A stretch of 64,000 nucleotides of DNA from Ramazzottius varieornatus (taxonomy: Eukaryota > Animalia > Tardigrada): positions 1,542,973 to 1,606,972 of the forward strand of contig BDGG01000012.1 of NCBI GenBank assembly GCA_001949185.1, in the 5' to 3' direction. The notes below the pieces were generated by a model. It made no database searches and was not told where the DNA came from. It was given only the letters and a program-made list of their open reading frames with translations. The stretch's first letter is position 1. Every line of letters begins with the position of its first letter. The translations under genes were made by a program, and so were the position numbers. This document shows, piece by piece, positions 29,030 through 41,958 of the stretch.

Positions 29030-32000
29030 ATGTACGAAGAGACCAGTGATCATGAGCAGTATCCGCTGGTGGACGACGAGCTGAATGGATTTCTCAGCAG
29101 CTCCGCCAAAAGTCGCCCGCTACAGCAACAAACATCCGTCCTGCAGGTGAGGGTTCATGCAACAGGTGCTTCAAAGGTAGGCCATAGCTTTTCGAGACTT
29201 TGAATGGGAGAAATTCTGCCGAGGGGACAGCTGCTTTTTTGCCGACACGAAATCAATTAATGAGACTGGCCGCGATGTTAGAATCGAAGAACGGGTTCGC
29301 ACTACCGGGTCACGAGTGGTCCGCAATGGTATTTCCGAAATGCCCGCTCGAGATGCTGGAGGCAATCAGTTGTCTCTGGCGTCTATTTCGTCCAGGCGAA
29401 GGTCTCGGCACATTCGACGCTGCAAAGTTGCAATAAGGTGTGCTCACTGCGTGATTGTTGTCAGTCAAAATGGCAACCATGTTAGAACTGCTTCTTGATG
29501 AATATCCTTCGCTTGTGAAGGATATTCATCAAGTTTCGTGCGGCTCATGAGGCCGATCCAAAGATAGAACAATTTTCAGTACTGTGCGCGAAGTCGGTCT
29601 ACAAAATTTCTGTATTTGCAGAATCAGCCCTCCGTTTCGATTTACAATGTCGAAGAAGTATCAACCACCGTATCGAAGATACTGGACGAATGGGCGTTGT
29701 CCTCGCCTGATATCTGTCTTACGTTCGTCAGCGGCACGAGGTCCTTTACTTCATGGAAAAATGAAGACCACAGAGCGGCGCTTCAGAAAGGCATCATAAA
29801 AGTATGTGCGTCGTGCAAATTAGAAAAAAGTTCCGAAACAAGTTCCTTGTTTGACTGTGTGGGTATTTTCCTACTTTGCAGTTGATGAATGCCACAGAAA
29901 CTTGGATAGTCGACAATGGCGTGGACTATGGCTGCTCGAAGCTCGTCGGTAACGCCGTTAGGAATGAACTGCAGTTTCGTCGGACAAGAAGAGAATGTGA
30001 AGTCTACGCCAGGGGATACCTGAAGCAGAAAAGACACAGCATTATGCTGATGGGCGTTATCCCAGCTGCCTTACTTGCCGAGACCGAGGTCTCTGTTTGA
30101 CGCCCTTTCGTAACTTTCCAGCTCAAGCGATCTTCCATATTATCGTTATGTGTTACAGAGTCCGCAACCTGCAGAGGCTACGGAAGCTATTTCCGACTCG
30201 GATAACACTTACAAGTTTGAGGTTAACCCATCGCATTCACACTACGTCTACGTCAGAACTCCACATAAGGACTCCGCGGTTATCCGAGCGAACTTTGTGA
30301 CTGAACTGGTCTCTCAAGCTGGTGCAAGGAAGAGTCCGAGTTTTCTGGGTGAATCCGCAGCACTATCAAATGGCTTTGACCTACCGCTAATCTCACTTCC
30401 GAACTATACGAGAAGGTTCTGTCTTTACAGCGGAACGACGAGCGTCCGTCGGAAGTATCGTGGACCTGAATGAGACCACCCACGAACAAGTTCCTCTTAT
30501 TGTTGTCCTGATACAGGTTATTTTACTTGTTCTATACCAATGTTAAGTTCTACCCAACAGATGTCTTTGAACTTTCCGTGTTTTGAAGTAAACAAAATCC
30601 GGATATTTTTACAGGGAGGTGAAATGGCACTTGAGATGGTTTGCCAATATCTAAAGAACTCCGTTCCTATCTTAATTCTGAAAGGGACCGGCTTTATGGC
30701 GGACATTCTGGCGTTGTCTTTCGAGGACTACAAAGAAAGGTACGAGTATCACATCGCTGGAAGAGGATGGTACCAATAGCTGTACTGACTAGGTGAATGT
30801 TTTCTTCAGGGGAAACAGTCGTTCATCTCTGGAAGCTATTGGGAAGGATATTTCCAAGAGGTTGCTGAAGGCGTACCCGGATTTAAGCAAGGACGAAAGC
30901 CGTAAAGTCATCTGCGACCGCATCATGGACTGCGTCGTGATGGCAGGGAAGACAGAGAGGGAACTGATTAGCGTCGTGGACTGCAGCGAGGACTTGGTCA
31001 ACTTGGATAACTACTTCTTACCAGCTATATTCTCAGCTCGTCCACGTGTGATCAGTAAGGTCTTTCGGTTGTACAATACAGCATCTCCGCTCAGACACAC
31101 CTGTATCTTGTTCGTTTTCAGATCTCCTCAAAGAACAGGTCCGGTCAGACTTCCTCCTGACAATGAAGCTGAACAAGCCTGCTATTGCAGAGTCCAAAGT
31201 ACTCGGACGGGATGAGCAAAGAATATTTCAAGTACAAAGCACACTGACATTTTTACCGAGATGCATGCAAAGTTTGATCTTCTTTGAACAGGCAGACAAC
31301 GAACTGTTTGAGAAAGCGCTGCTCTGGAAGGGCCGAGAAAAATTTGTTGAGAAATTCATGGAGGAAGACTTTGTCGTACACCGGTTCCTGAGCCATACCC
31401 AGCTTCTCCGCTTGTTCAGGAAAGCCGATGATACCGACTTCTTCATAACGGTCGTGTGGAACCAGATTCCTAGACACTATTTCGGTACGCTTCGTCGGTA
31501 CAGCTTTGCAGGTTTTGCGGTGCAGAACTTCACCTTTTACTATCGTAGATCAGAGGATCGAAGAAAGTTTCGTGACAAAGGACCTCAATCAGATTGTGGG
31601 GAAGTTGTCGTCCATCAGTAACTTTCTCAGCATGCATGAGCTGTCCTCAAACTTCATGGGCCAGTACGTATCGGATCCCTTCACTGCTGAACGAAAGGTA
31701 GTACGGTGAATAGCGTACGACTTTGCAAGGAACTTAGTGCATTCCGTTCCTTCCCATAGGCTATGAACGCGTTGATAGTCTGGGCGGTACTAATGAACCG
31801 CATGAGCCTAGCGAAGTCTCTGTGGAAGTTCTGCGAAGACCCCATACCCATTGCGCTGTTCATCAGCGCACTGTATCGCGGCCTTGCCAAGCATAGCCCA
31901 GACAGCTCCATGGTAGATAATCTCCGACAATGCAGCAAGACCTTCAGCTGCATGGCAATCGATGTCCTCGATATGAGCTACAAGGAATCCGGTGCAAGAA

Positions 32001-35000
32001 CCTTCGATCTTTTGAACCAGAAGTTCACCGATTTCAATAACCTTACTCCCATCAAGTTAGCCTACATCTCCGAAAACAGGCAAGTTCTCCTCGCAAGTTT
32101 CGGGAAGAACTGTACGTAATGAGTTTGTCGATCAGGTACTTCTTGGCTCATGAGGCTTGCCAGATATGGCTGAACCGGCTTTGGTCCGGTGGGGTCGAAG
32201 TGACGACCACATGGAACAGCGTCATACCATTGGAAACCAAGCTCATCCTCTCTGCACTGTTCATATTTCCGATTTACTTCTGGATCCAGTACCCACGGAA
32301 GAATTTCAAGAAAGACCTGTTCCGAGACGCTGATGGGTTCGCTAGTGAGAAGAACGAAGTGGATCATCGACTTGGACAAGAACACGTCAACCCGTCCGAG
32401 AAATCCGGTAACCCCGTGATGATAGTAGGACAGTATGGTTTCAGGTTTGTGTATGAATGAAGGTACGATGGCTAGTTTTCCAGATCGCTTTCACATCAGT
32501 CCCAGACCGGCAGATAGCAAGGGAGTATCGGCAGAATGTCACAAGGCATTACAGAACTTGAAAGAGTTCGAGTCTACCCACAAGAATCTGCAAAAGAGTG
32601 TCCAGAGCCTGCCAAACCACTCGTCCAACCCTTCCATCTATGCCGACGCCCAACTTCCTCTCTGGAGGAAGGCCTACTACTTATGGTCGGCACCAAGGAC
32701 CAAGTTTTGGATTAGCCAAGTGTTCTACTGGGTATACTTGGCCATCTTCTCCATTGCCGTGGTTCTTCCAACTTGCAACGACAAGTACCTCGATGTTGTC
32801 GTCCTGGTGTGGACCCTTCTGAATGTCGCTGAGATGATCTCGCGGTAAGTAGTCTAATGCCTTTGCGTTTTCCATACAGGTCGGATCGACATGAATTATT
32901 TTGTAGAACTATTTATCAACGCAAGAGGAACTTTCCGGTTAGCATGTTTCGGCGGTGGATGGAGATTGGCTTGACTACTTCTTGGGTCTTCTCCATACTC
33001 TTTCTAAAGAGCAACTTCTACCTTATCAGGCCAATCTACACAAGGATCATGATGTGTGCCGGTACTGTGTGTGGCTCAAAAAGGCCACTAATCAGAGATG
33101 GAAACTGTTCAGGTTTCCTCAAGCTGGGCCTCAAAGATGAGTTAATGTTTTGCAGGTCTTTTGTACATGTACTACCGGATGACCACTGTCTTCTTTCCTA
33201 TAAACCCAACGCTCGGACCGATGCTGTACCGGTTCAAGAAGATGATGACCCAGGATTTCTATACGTTTGCCCGATTAGCCACACCTTTCGTTGTACGTAA
33301 TTCTTCGTTGTATCATACTTAGTCGCACATCCACATCTCTTCCCGGCTTCGCCGAACTTTTCATCCGGAAAGTGATTTCAGTTTTTCTTTGTAGTTGGCC
33401 AATATGTTCGTGTTGCAAGCTGCCATGTATCCGGATCTGCCATTTAGCGTTGAAACATTTCGCAAAGGATTCTACCGTGCCTTCTTCACTCTCTTCATAA
33501 GTTTCGTTAGCGAGTTCGATTAGTAAGTTGTTATCTAAAGACTCAGTACAATGTAGCAAAATTCTTTGGCCTACGATAAAAAATGCCTTGAATCTCAGCA
33601 CGCAGAAGTGCGAAAATACCCGGATAAGATCGACACTGTATGGTGCGGCAAATTCGAACAAGAGCGACACTGCAGCTGACTATTGCTGGGTCGGGGATTA
33701 CGAGGTATTGTAGCAAGGCGGATAAACCGCTTTGCTGGGAATTTTGTAGCCGTTTCGGGCAAAAAATTTGTCCATACTGTGTTCTTCCTCTATCTACTCA
33801 GTGTCTTCGACTGTACCCGTTAATCTTTTTTTCGCTCATTTTTTCCATTTTTGCAGGACCACAGATGTCCCACATTGGGTATCGCCACTTATGTTTTGAA
33901 CATGCAGTTCCTGGTGATCGTCCGTTTGATGCTGCTGGTCTTGTTGAACGCTTTGTTCGCGTAAGTCGAGGACCTGTGATTCGCCTTCAAGACCGTGCCA
34001 ACGTACGAGTATTCGGTACTTCTTTCAGTGCGACAGCAATCAAGGTGAAGGAAGAGGCAGATGCGATATTCAAATACGAACGGTATCGTACCGTGCTGGA
34101 CTTCGCGTCTCGCTCCGCCTTGCCTCCGCCCTTTTCCGTCTTGAACTACATGTTCAACTGGACCGTGGTCTGCTGCTACAAGATGAAGCGAATCAATAGG
34201 CAGCAGAGCAAACAGTTAATCAACCCGCGGCCCATGAAACTGATGGAGCAATCGAACAACAAACGAACCTACGAATCCTACAGTTACTGGATGGGCCTGA
34301 CCAAAGAGTACTACCGAAAGAAGGCGGTAGAGGAGAAGGACAAGAAGATCGCCAGTGACCAGTTAAACAGGTACGACTACACTGAAGTCCCGTGTTCTTA
34401 CCGATGACATTTATGCTTCGCTTATGTTTTAGAATCAAAACGGTGCAAGCGGACACGAAAAGTATGAAAGCGAAGCTTGCTCGAATGAGCGAGAAAGTTA
34501 AGCAGAATGAAAAGACCACTCTGGCCATGCTGGAAGAAATTCGGCACATCTTGTACCGAAGAGGTACTGTCACCATTATATTGGTTGTTCTATCAAGAAT
34601 CTATCTAAACTTATAATACCTCCGAAGCAGTTCTGAAAGGATGTTGATTATTTAGGGCATGCCAAAGAAGGAACCGTCAATGTGTTGAGCCGTAGCTCTC
34701 CATACCCAGGAACCAACGTGGAGCGGTTCGCGGTTACTTCGTCGTACGTCGCATGGGATGTAAGGACATTGAGACCTTGTTTTGCCATGATACACCTATT
34801 TATCATAGGCTAACATGACTAGGGTTCTCTACTGTAATTTCGTTTGTTAGGACGACTTGGAGAACTACGACCCACCGGCGTACTCCATGCCTGTTTCAGC
34901 GTTTCCGGCGGAGGAACAGCCGTTCGTTGACGATGTCATCGATTCCAAACAACCTGTTGACCGGCAAGAATGGCGATGGTACGAGGTTGTGGAGAAGAAC

Positions 35001-36021
35001 GAATTGACGATTGACCGTCGAAGCTGGATAAAGCCGCAAGATAGCCCGACGGAAGAGGAGAGCTCAGGGTCTGTTCGATACTTGCTGGACGCCTTTGGTC
35101 TGCCACAGTAAGCAATTACGGCATTGGATCTTATGTGATGTTGAACTGTGGAAAGAGTTTTTGTTGTTGGTTGAGTGGTTGTGGATTGGGGTATGTGACA
35201 GAACAATTTTGTTACAGGAACCCAAGTGGACGCACAGGCCTGCTTGGTCGAGGGTCGCTTCACAGATACGGACCCAACCATTCTGTGATGCTGATTTTAT
35301 CACGCCGCGGTGATGAGAAGCTGCGCTTTCTTGTTGCGAAGAACTCGAAATACGACAAACTGCCCTCACTCTTCCCAATGGTAATGTTTTTTGAAATAAT
35401 TTGATTTGCTTTTTTTGTCAATTAGATTCTCCGGATGTGGTGAGGATAACCATTACAGCACCTGATTCGTCCTTCAAACAATTTCAGAGACTGACACTGG
35501 ATGGACGAGATCCATTTGCCGTCGCTGTCGAACTGCTGCAGTCTCTTCTGGAATCTACTCGTCAAGAAAGTCCTGAAAATCGCCCACCGCCGGATCTGGC
35601 TTCGCTTCGAACGGTTCGTGGAGATGACGCCGAGAGGGGATTCGGACACTCTGTCTGAGCTGTGATTTTACTGCAGGTTTTCCACGACATTGTCTTCGGA
35701 GCTGCCGAAGTCAGGAAGGAGTCGAACTACCTCGATGTGGAGGAAATCTATGCGGGCTACTTCGACCATCCACTAAACACGGACAATGCTTGGCTGGAAG
35801 TGATTGTTCTTCACGTGAAGATATACACTACCGGCGACATCGCCAAACTGACAACCGATGTATGCCTTCCTTTGACTGATGCTTAATGAGGTAATCCGCA
35901 CTTACAGAATATTTTGACGCAGGCCTTGACATGGAAAGAGCGAAGTGGCATCCGGGCTATGCGTCCCTTTGAGGAGCACGTTCTCGAACATGTCATGTTG
36001 TCGAAAGAAATGAACGATTAG
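29030..36021 (+). CDS. TRPM-like cation channel with SLOG and C-terminal NUDT9-homology domain (probably TRPS/ced-11-like), multi-exon
   Basis: SLOG/MHR motifs (WIVDNGVDYGCSKLVGNAV, LIVWAVLMNRMSLAKSLW, FLAHEACQIWLNRLW, LWSAPRTKFW); TM helices; TRP-box-like IFKYERY...LPPPF; coiled coil; NUDT9-like NPSGRTGLLGRGSLHRYGPNH and DHPLNTDNAWLE; stop at 36019-36021. Confidence 0.9.
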
Positions 36022-36355
36022 ATTTTTTACTAATTACGAGTATCTTTTTGTGTCATTGGAGAATCATATTATTGAATCTTGAAGCCTGATTCTTTGCGGT
36101 GTGCTGTACTGCCCGACATTTTTCGCCGTGTGATTAATTCCCTGTTCCTGTTAACCGGTTAATCTCTGCTGCTCCCTACTAACAGCTGCCGTAGCATCAT
36201 TTCTGAACCCATTGCTGTACATAATCTTCCACAGAAAAATTACTAAGACGAGAACTGATCATAAAGCGTTCGGTACTAGATCAACGCCGATCCAACCTTG
36301 ACAGAACTTGTTCAGGAAAAAAGCCTCCTATTTATCGAAAGACTTAAGTCACAGA

Positions 36356-37557
36356 TCATCTGACGCGAGATGTTTTAGTGGAGGAAACTTCAACATGCTC
36401 CGTTTTTATCCTCTTCCCGGGTGCCATACTTCTATCGGACGGCGCCTTCGTTTTGAACTTCTTCGGAATCGGTAGGGAGGACGGATGGGAGGGATGAGGT
36501 GTACTGGTAGTGAAGACTGGCATTCGAAGTGCTTCCTCACAGCTACAACGTTTGAGCGGGTCATACATCAAGGTTCTCTGAAGGAAGTTGATCATGTCAG
36601 CTGGAACAGCTCGGAATATCTGTTCGAACGGAACCTGTTCAAGCGAGTCTTTCAGGGTTATCGGGGACGGCAGAGATTTGTGGTTCTTCCAGTTCGTTTC
36701 ATTAGGCGCACCCAGCACCTGCGCTATCTTGACGAACTGGTCCATGTCTGAATCTCCGGGGAAAAGAGGAGCTCGTTGCAGAAGCTCAGCTACTATACAA
36801 CCTACTGCCCAGACATCTACTGCCGGACCGTAGCGATAAGCTCCGAGGATCAGCTCCGGTGCTCGATACCATCTGGAGACGTAGAAGACAAGTAAGTCAA
36901 CTTTCCACTTGACATGACATTACACAGCATAACATACTGTACATATCGAAAGTATTGGTCAGTTCCTATCCCAACAAACCTTGTCACGACTTGGCTTGTG
37001 AATGGTCGAGTAGGTGTTCCGAAGGGTTTTGCCAGACCGAAATCCGTAATCTTCAGCTGGCCTTTCATGCTGAGAAGCAAGTTGTCTGGTTTGAGATCGC
37101 GATGGAGAATCCAATTGCGATGCAGGTAAGCTACACCACGCAGCGTCATGACGGAGTACGCCTTCACATTGGCTAACGTCAACACGAGAGATGTATCCCT
37201 GATGACCGTGTCCAGCTCGAAATCCATAAAGTCCAAGACGAGAGTAACGTTAGCTCCGATGGTGATCACGTCCAGAAGGGTAATGATGTTGGAATGATGA
37301 AGTTCTTGCATGATCTTTATTTCACGAATGGCGCTGCGATTCAGGCCGAGCTTGGCTTCGTCTCGGCTCCCCATCTTGATCTTCTTCATAGCGACGACCT
37401 GGTTCTCTTTCTTGTCGCGGGCTTTGTAGACTAGAGCGAACTGGCCTTCTCCGAGGTATGAGATGATTTCGTAGCGGTCGGATGTCGAATGCGAGATCTC
37501 GCGAATGGTGCTTGTGCCGTCGTTATTCCCGGAGTAATCCATCTTGCTGCCGTCCAT
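36356..37557 (-). CDS. CDK7: Cyclin-dependent kinase 7 (CAK), one intron
   Basis: [23 protein letters not shown] (NRTALRE variant), [27 protein letters not shown]|WYRAPEL. Confidence 0.92.
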
Positions 37558-38735
37558 CTTTCCTCGGAGTTCTTCCTTGTTCTGCTTTACCTGATTGAGA
37601 GTCCTGTTATTCCTGTATCTGGAATATTCAATATGTCCGAGAAGACGATGGGAAAATCGTGCAGTGCTGCCAGTACAACAGCTGTGTCATGTCATGATGT
37701 CATGTAAGCTGCGTTATGGGTGAGGTCAAGCGAGTTGATTATAGAGATTAATTTGCCACTCCCGTTCACTTTGCAACTGTAGCTACGGCCTTGCTCCGCC
37801 CCTTTCGTGACGTGTAACCACATTTTGCTTTCCGGAGCTCCCCTTATTTTCGAAAAGTAGTAATCGGAGTTACGGTTGGCTCGCATTGGGAAGCATGGTG
37901 GCTGCCCAACTATTCAAAGTTCTGATCAGCTGCTGCGCTTATGAGTGACGTTACAACTCATCTTAGCTACAGTGGGACTTTCATCTGGCGGTGGCAACTT
38001 AATGTCTGTAATACAGATGAACTGTAGTGTCTTTTGATTAACGTAATCATTCACGTAATGAGCAATAACATATAACATTCGCCTCGCCTAAAATTTGTTT
38101 TCCGAATTCCAAGTAACTCGGACCGAGTTCTTCCTCCGGGTTCCGAACTTTCGGTCATGTATTTGCAGCGTTTTCCCAGCGAAGTTTCCTCCCGTTACGG
38201 ATTTAAATTAGCAGATAGTAGACCTTTTTAAACGTCTAGCCAACTAAATTCAAGAACAACCAAGGAGCCCAGACTTCAAGATCCCCGACCAGGAAGTTCG
38301 CGAAATGGTTGCTTCTAAAAGCCTGTGATCTATGATCACGAGATCGCAGCATCTGAACAACTACCGAGAACCGTATTACTCTACCCACGCGAAACACGAA
38401 CTCGTCAGCGAGCGATCTTGCTTACATTTCAGCAGGGTTTTTCAACTACAGTCCACTCGTTCGACATGTACTCCTATTTTTTCGATTTCAAGGCCGTAAA
38501 TTCAGCCAAACCACAGAAGGGTCTGCCGTTGGTGACCGAAAATTGCTGTCAAACCATTGATTGCTTGTTCACTGACAGCAGCAACCTGGTGCGCAAATTT
38601 TACGCACGTTCCGTCGGTCATGTAGCGTTTGAAAGAATTTAAGCAACGTTTTCGTCTCGTTCTATTATCCTGGGAAGGTTTTCATGGACGAATTACAGAA
38701 CGGATTAAGGCTTCGTTCGACAGAAGGGAATCCTG

Positions 38736-39326
38736 ATGGAGCATATCCTACGGATAAACAGCGAACAGCGAAAGCTACTTCCGGTGAAGATCTGCGACCG
38801 CTGTATCCTTCTATCCCGAGAACTTGACTTACTTACGACCGAGATGGCGTCTGTTTCTGCTCCAACCATCGGATCGAATGTTGCTCGTCAAGGAAGGACC
38901 CACGATAGACCAACGTTGGAGGAAAAGCGGAACATATTGGAACTGTACCCGTCACAGGTAAAACCGTCCACTCTTGCATGATTATCTAGAGTTGCGCACC
39001 ACACCAGCCAATAATAATGGAAACGTGCGCCAGTGTGAAAACGGATGTTCCACGTTCTGTTTGCAAAGTTCCCAAATCCTATTGACCTTTCTTTGTAGAT
39101 GAACAGGAAGGAAGTTATGGCGATGTTCAATATCCGTTCTATACGAACGATTTCAAACATGAACAAGCAGCGGGAGAAGATCCTCGCTCTACCTGAGAAT
39201 ACCCCTGGGAAAAGCTTTGTATCCAGAAAACGGAAGTTCGAAGTGCTGGATGGGTTGCTAACGTTCTCAAAAGCAATCAGTTGCAGACGGTGGGTCTACA
39301 AGGTAAGACTTCACTACAATTGGTAA
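38736..39326 (+). pseudogene. Truncated pogo-like transposase: N-terminal DNA-binding HTH only, one intron (38958-39098)
   Basis: Spliced ..RPTLEEKRNILELYPSQ|MNRKEVMAMFNIRSIRTISNMNKQREKI..SRKRKFEVLDGLL resembles the CENP-B/Tigger N-terminus; no DDE domain. Confidence 0.72.
38975..39072. repeat. Degenerate family B element nested in the transposase intron
   Basis: GTTGCGCACCACACC-AGCCAATAATAAT-GGAAACGTGCGCCAGTG; the 13-nt loop resembles the 22881 copy; ends approximate. Confidence 0.6.
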
Positions 39327-39597
39327 GATGTCTGATGCTTAGTCTGGGTTATTAATCAGGGAGTACATTTCGAACGAGTGGACTGTAATAAGAAATAGAA
39401 GACAGAAAAAAAGTAGTACGAAATATACTTAATCACCGGTGTGAAAACATGTAATAAAAACTGCGGGTCGGTTCCTAGATGGACGTCATCAAGAAGGGAT
39501 CGACACCGTGGTGCCCAGCGGAACCCAGAAATTTTCACATTTATTTGGCACAATTGCAAATAATATTACTAAAAACTCAGCCAAACTTCTTCTGGCG

Positions 39598-40122
39598 TCA
39601 ATGACAGCAATCCGCATTTTGATCAGGTCCTGCCCGGCGCCATCCGAAAAGACAATAGCCTGTTCCAATACCAAAGCAGGTTGCCATTCCCAGCCAGACA
39701 TTATACGTCATGAATACGAGCATTAGGGAGTACCCCAGGAGGAACTGTAACATATGGAGCACCGTTTGGAGAAGGTGGCCGCGATCGCAGATATGGCTGA
39801 CGATGCTTCTTCTGGAGATCACTCTGACTTTGCCATCTGGTCCATCCACTTCTATACCATTCACATTCTGACGTCGTCCATGTTCGTTTCCACCCTCTCG
39901 CCGTAGCAAATAGGAACGGAAAGCTTTTAGCATCTCAAAGACGATACCTAGGACCAATACAGCAAAGCACGAACCAACCATTCCACCCACTGTCGTCACT
40001 TTCCATGCATCGAATAGGATCACTTCGTCGGTCCCAAAGTGGAATGACATGGACATGGAGTGTCCTCCGGCTCCGTGTACGTGCTGGGAATGATCCTCAC
40101 CAGGAGCCGTATCAGCTTCCAT
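39598..40122 (-). CDS. Ctr/SLC31 copper transporter (paralog A), intronless CDS
   Basis: His/Met-rich N-terminus (HSQHVH..HSMSMSFHFG), MLVFM (MxxxM), GIGTG (GxxxG), C-terminal CCH. Confidence 0.94.
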   Translation of the reverse strand: MEADTAPGEDHSQHVHGAGGHSMSMSFHFGTDEVILFDAWKVTTVGGMVGSCFAVLVLGIVFEMLKAFRSYLLRREGGNEHGRRQNVNGIEVDGPDGKVRVISRRSIVSHICDRGHLLQTVLHMLQFLLGYSLMLVFMTYNVWLGMATCFGIGTGYCLFGWRRAGPDQNADCCH

Positions 40123-40923
40123 ATTGACGGCAAGATCAGCTAGCTCGAGTAACAAGAGCGGTTAGAGCATATTGCGGACTCCGACAGCAAGGCGAGCAGG
40201 TGGTGGCTTGAAATAAGTAATGAGGAGAAACCATAAACATAAAGGAAAGAGATGTGGACGAAGGAATACGAGTATTTCAGCTAACAGATCAGCTGCCAGT
40301 AGATTTCTCTGTTCTCAAGGATGAGGAGGGGACTTGTAGATTCGCACGTACCTTTTGCAGTCCTCACGTGTAGCGTACCTGTAAGTAGAACAGTTAGCGG
40401 TAGGTGATAACGGGGGTCCGGGGAAATGCATATGGAGAAGCTGAATGAACTGCCGTATATATAAATAATTGTAAAGAGCCGCGGTGAGACTTGTAGTAGA
40501 AAAATTAATGAAATAATTATCAATCAAGCGTAATTAGCCACATACCAGTGACATACGCAATGCATGACTCTCACGCCCTTAACTCTGCTTTGGTGGGTCC
40601 GGGTGACCTACCCACTGTCGTGAGCATCCTGTGTACGGTCCGGCGGTCTACTGAATTCCCACCGCCTGAGCGGAAAGGGTCACCCGTCAAGGACCCATTT
40701 GCGGTTTAGTCAACAAAACAATGAAGTCATAAAATAACGAATGAAATTGAAAAGGCTGTTTTACCTTTGTTCGACAGAAGAAATCTATGACGTCTGCGTT
40801 TGGAACTGAATCGTAATGGGAAATGCGCGATCGAATGAAAATTTCTGTGATCCTCTTTTCGTTTCCATACCCCAGTTCTTCGCACCTTGTGTTGCAGTCA
40901 CTGTGGCTTGAGGATAATCTAGC

Positions 40924-41478
40924 ATGGCGCAAAACCACACACGTCACGGGAGAGAAGACGCTGCAGCAGGAGTTGATCTCGCGATGAAGATGGACATGGA
41001 TATGATGCCAATGTACTTCCACTTCGATCTCCCTTCCCATATCCTCTTCAAAACATGGAGCCCTCAGACGACGGGAGAAATGGTTGGAGCGGCAATTGCC
41101 GTGTTCTGCCTGGCAGTCACCTACGAAGCACTGAAGCTTGGGCGTCAGATCCTGCATGCGAACGAAGCGAAGAACAAGCGACGACGAACTGTCAGCACTG
41201 AAAGCCTTCCTGCTGCACCAGCTGATATTCCCCATGGCTCTGTCAAGCATGACTTAGTGTCTACCCTCCGAGCAATGTTTCGCTGGATGCATCTTCTGCA
41301 AACCATATTACATGGGATTCAGTTCGTGATAGGATACTGGTTGATGTTGGCAGCCATGACATTCAGTGTGTGGCTCTTCATCGGGATGGTTCTTGGGACC
41401 ATGTTTGGGTACTTCCTGTTCCACTGGAACCCTGCGAACGATGGCTACATGAACTTACAAAACGACCACTGTCATTAA
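40924..41478 (+). CDS. Ctr/SLC31 copper transporter (paralog B), intronless CDS
   Basis: Mets motif MKMDMDMMPMYFHF, MLAAM (MxxxM), GTMFG, C-terminal HCH. Confidence 0.94.
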   Translation: MAQNHTRHGREDAAAGVDLAMKMDMDMMPMYFHFDLPSHILFKTWSPQTTGEMVGAAIAVFCLAVTYEALKLGRQILHANEAKNKRRRTVSTESLPAAPADIPHGSVKHDLVSTLRAMFRWMHLLQTILHGIQFVIGYWLMLAAMTFSVWLFIGMVLGTMFGYFLFHWNPANDGYMNLQNDHCH

Positions 41479-41958
41479 CAGTTTCTTTCTGATACTTTCC
41501 CATATTGAGACACTGTTTCCTTCAGAGTCCTTCTCGCGTGTTTGCTGTGTTATTAACCTCAACCTGTCATTCCCAGTTTTCTTTCCATTTTCGAAATGAT
41601 ACTCTGTGTTCAGTTTGATTTTTTCCGATTCAGTATTTTCTCAGGTTAGTTTCTTTACCCAACAGGTCGAACTAACCGTCCTAAGCAAAACGAGAATCAC
41701 AAATAAGCCTTCGGCAGGTCGCAGTTTGGCTCAATGTCGAAAATTTTCATAACATCCGCGTCTCCATTCGTAATGCACTGCATGATATGTTGGAGTAAAA
41801 GTGACAGCACACGCCAGTTAACCGCAAGAAATACGAGAGAAATGTTCCAAGAATGTTAGAATCACCGCTCTGGCAATATCTCCATCAAGATCCAAGAAAG
41901 ACCCCCGATGCTAGGTTCGTCAGTTCGAGTGCTGCGAGCTCGCGTGGAAACCTGTCCT

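Larger units (their letters stand above)
38449..39385 (+). mobile_element. Internally deleted pogo/Tigger-like (Tc1/mariner superfamily) DNA transposon
   Basis: 26-bp TIRs CAGTCCACTCGTTCGA(C/A)ATGTACTCC (38449-38474 and 39360-39385, 25/26 identical); TA on both flanks; internal psq/CENP-B-type HTH coding sequence. Confidence 0.9.

Noticed and set aside
40123-40923. MTF-1 metal response elements between the Ctr genes
   Set aside because: No TGCRCNC consensus seen on either strand
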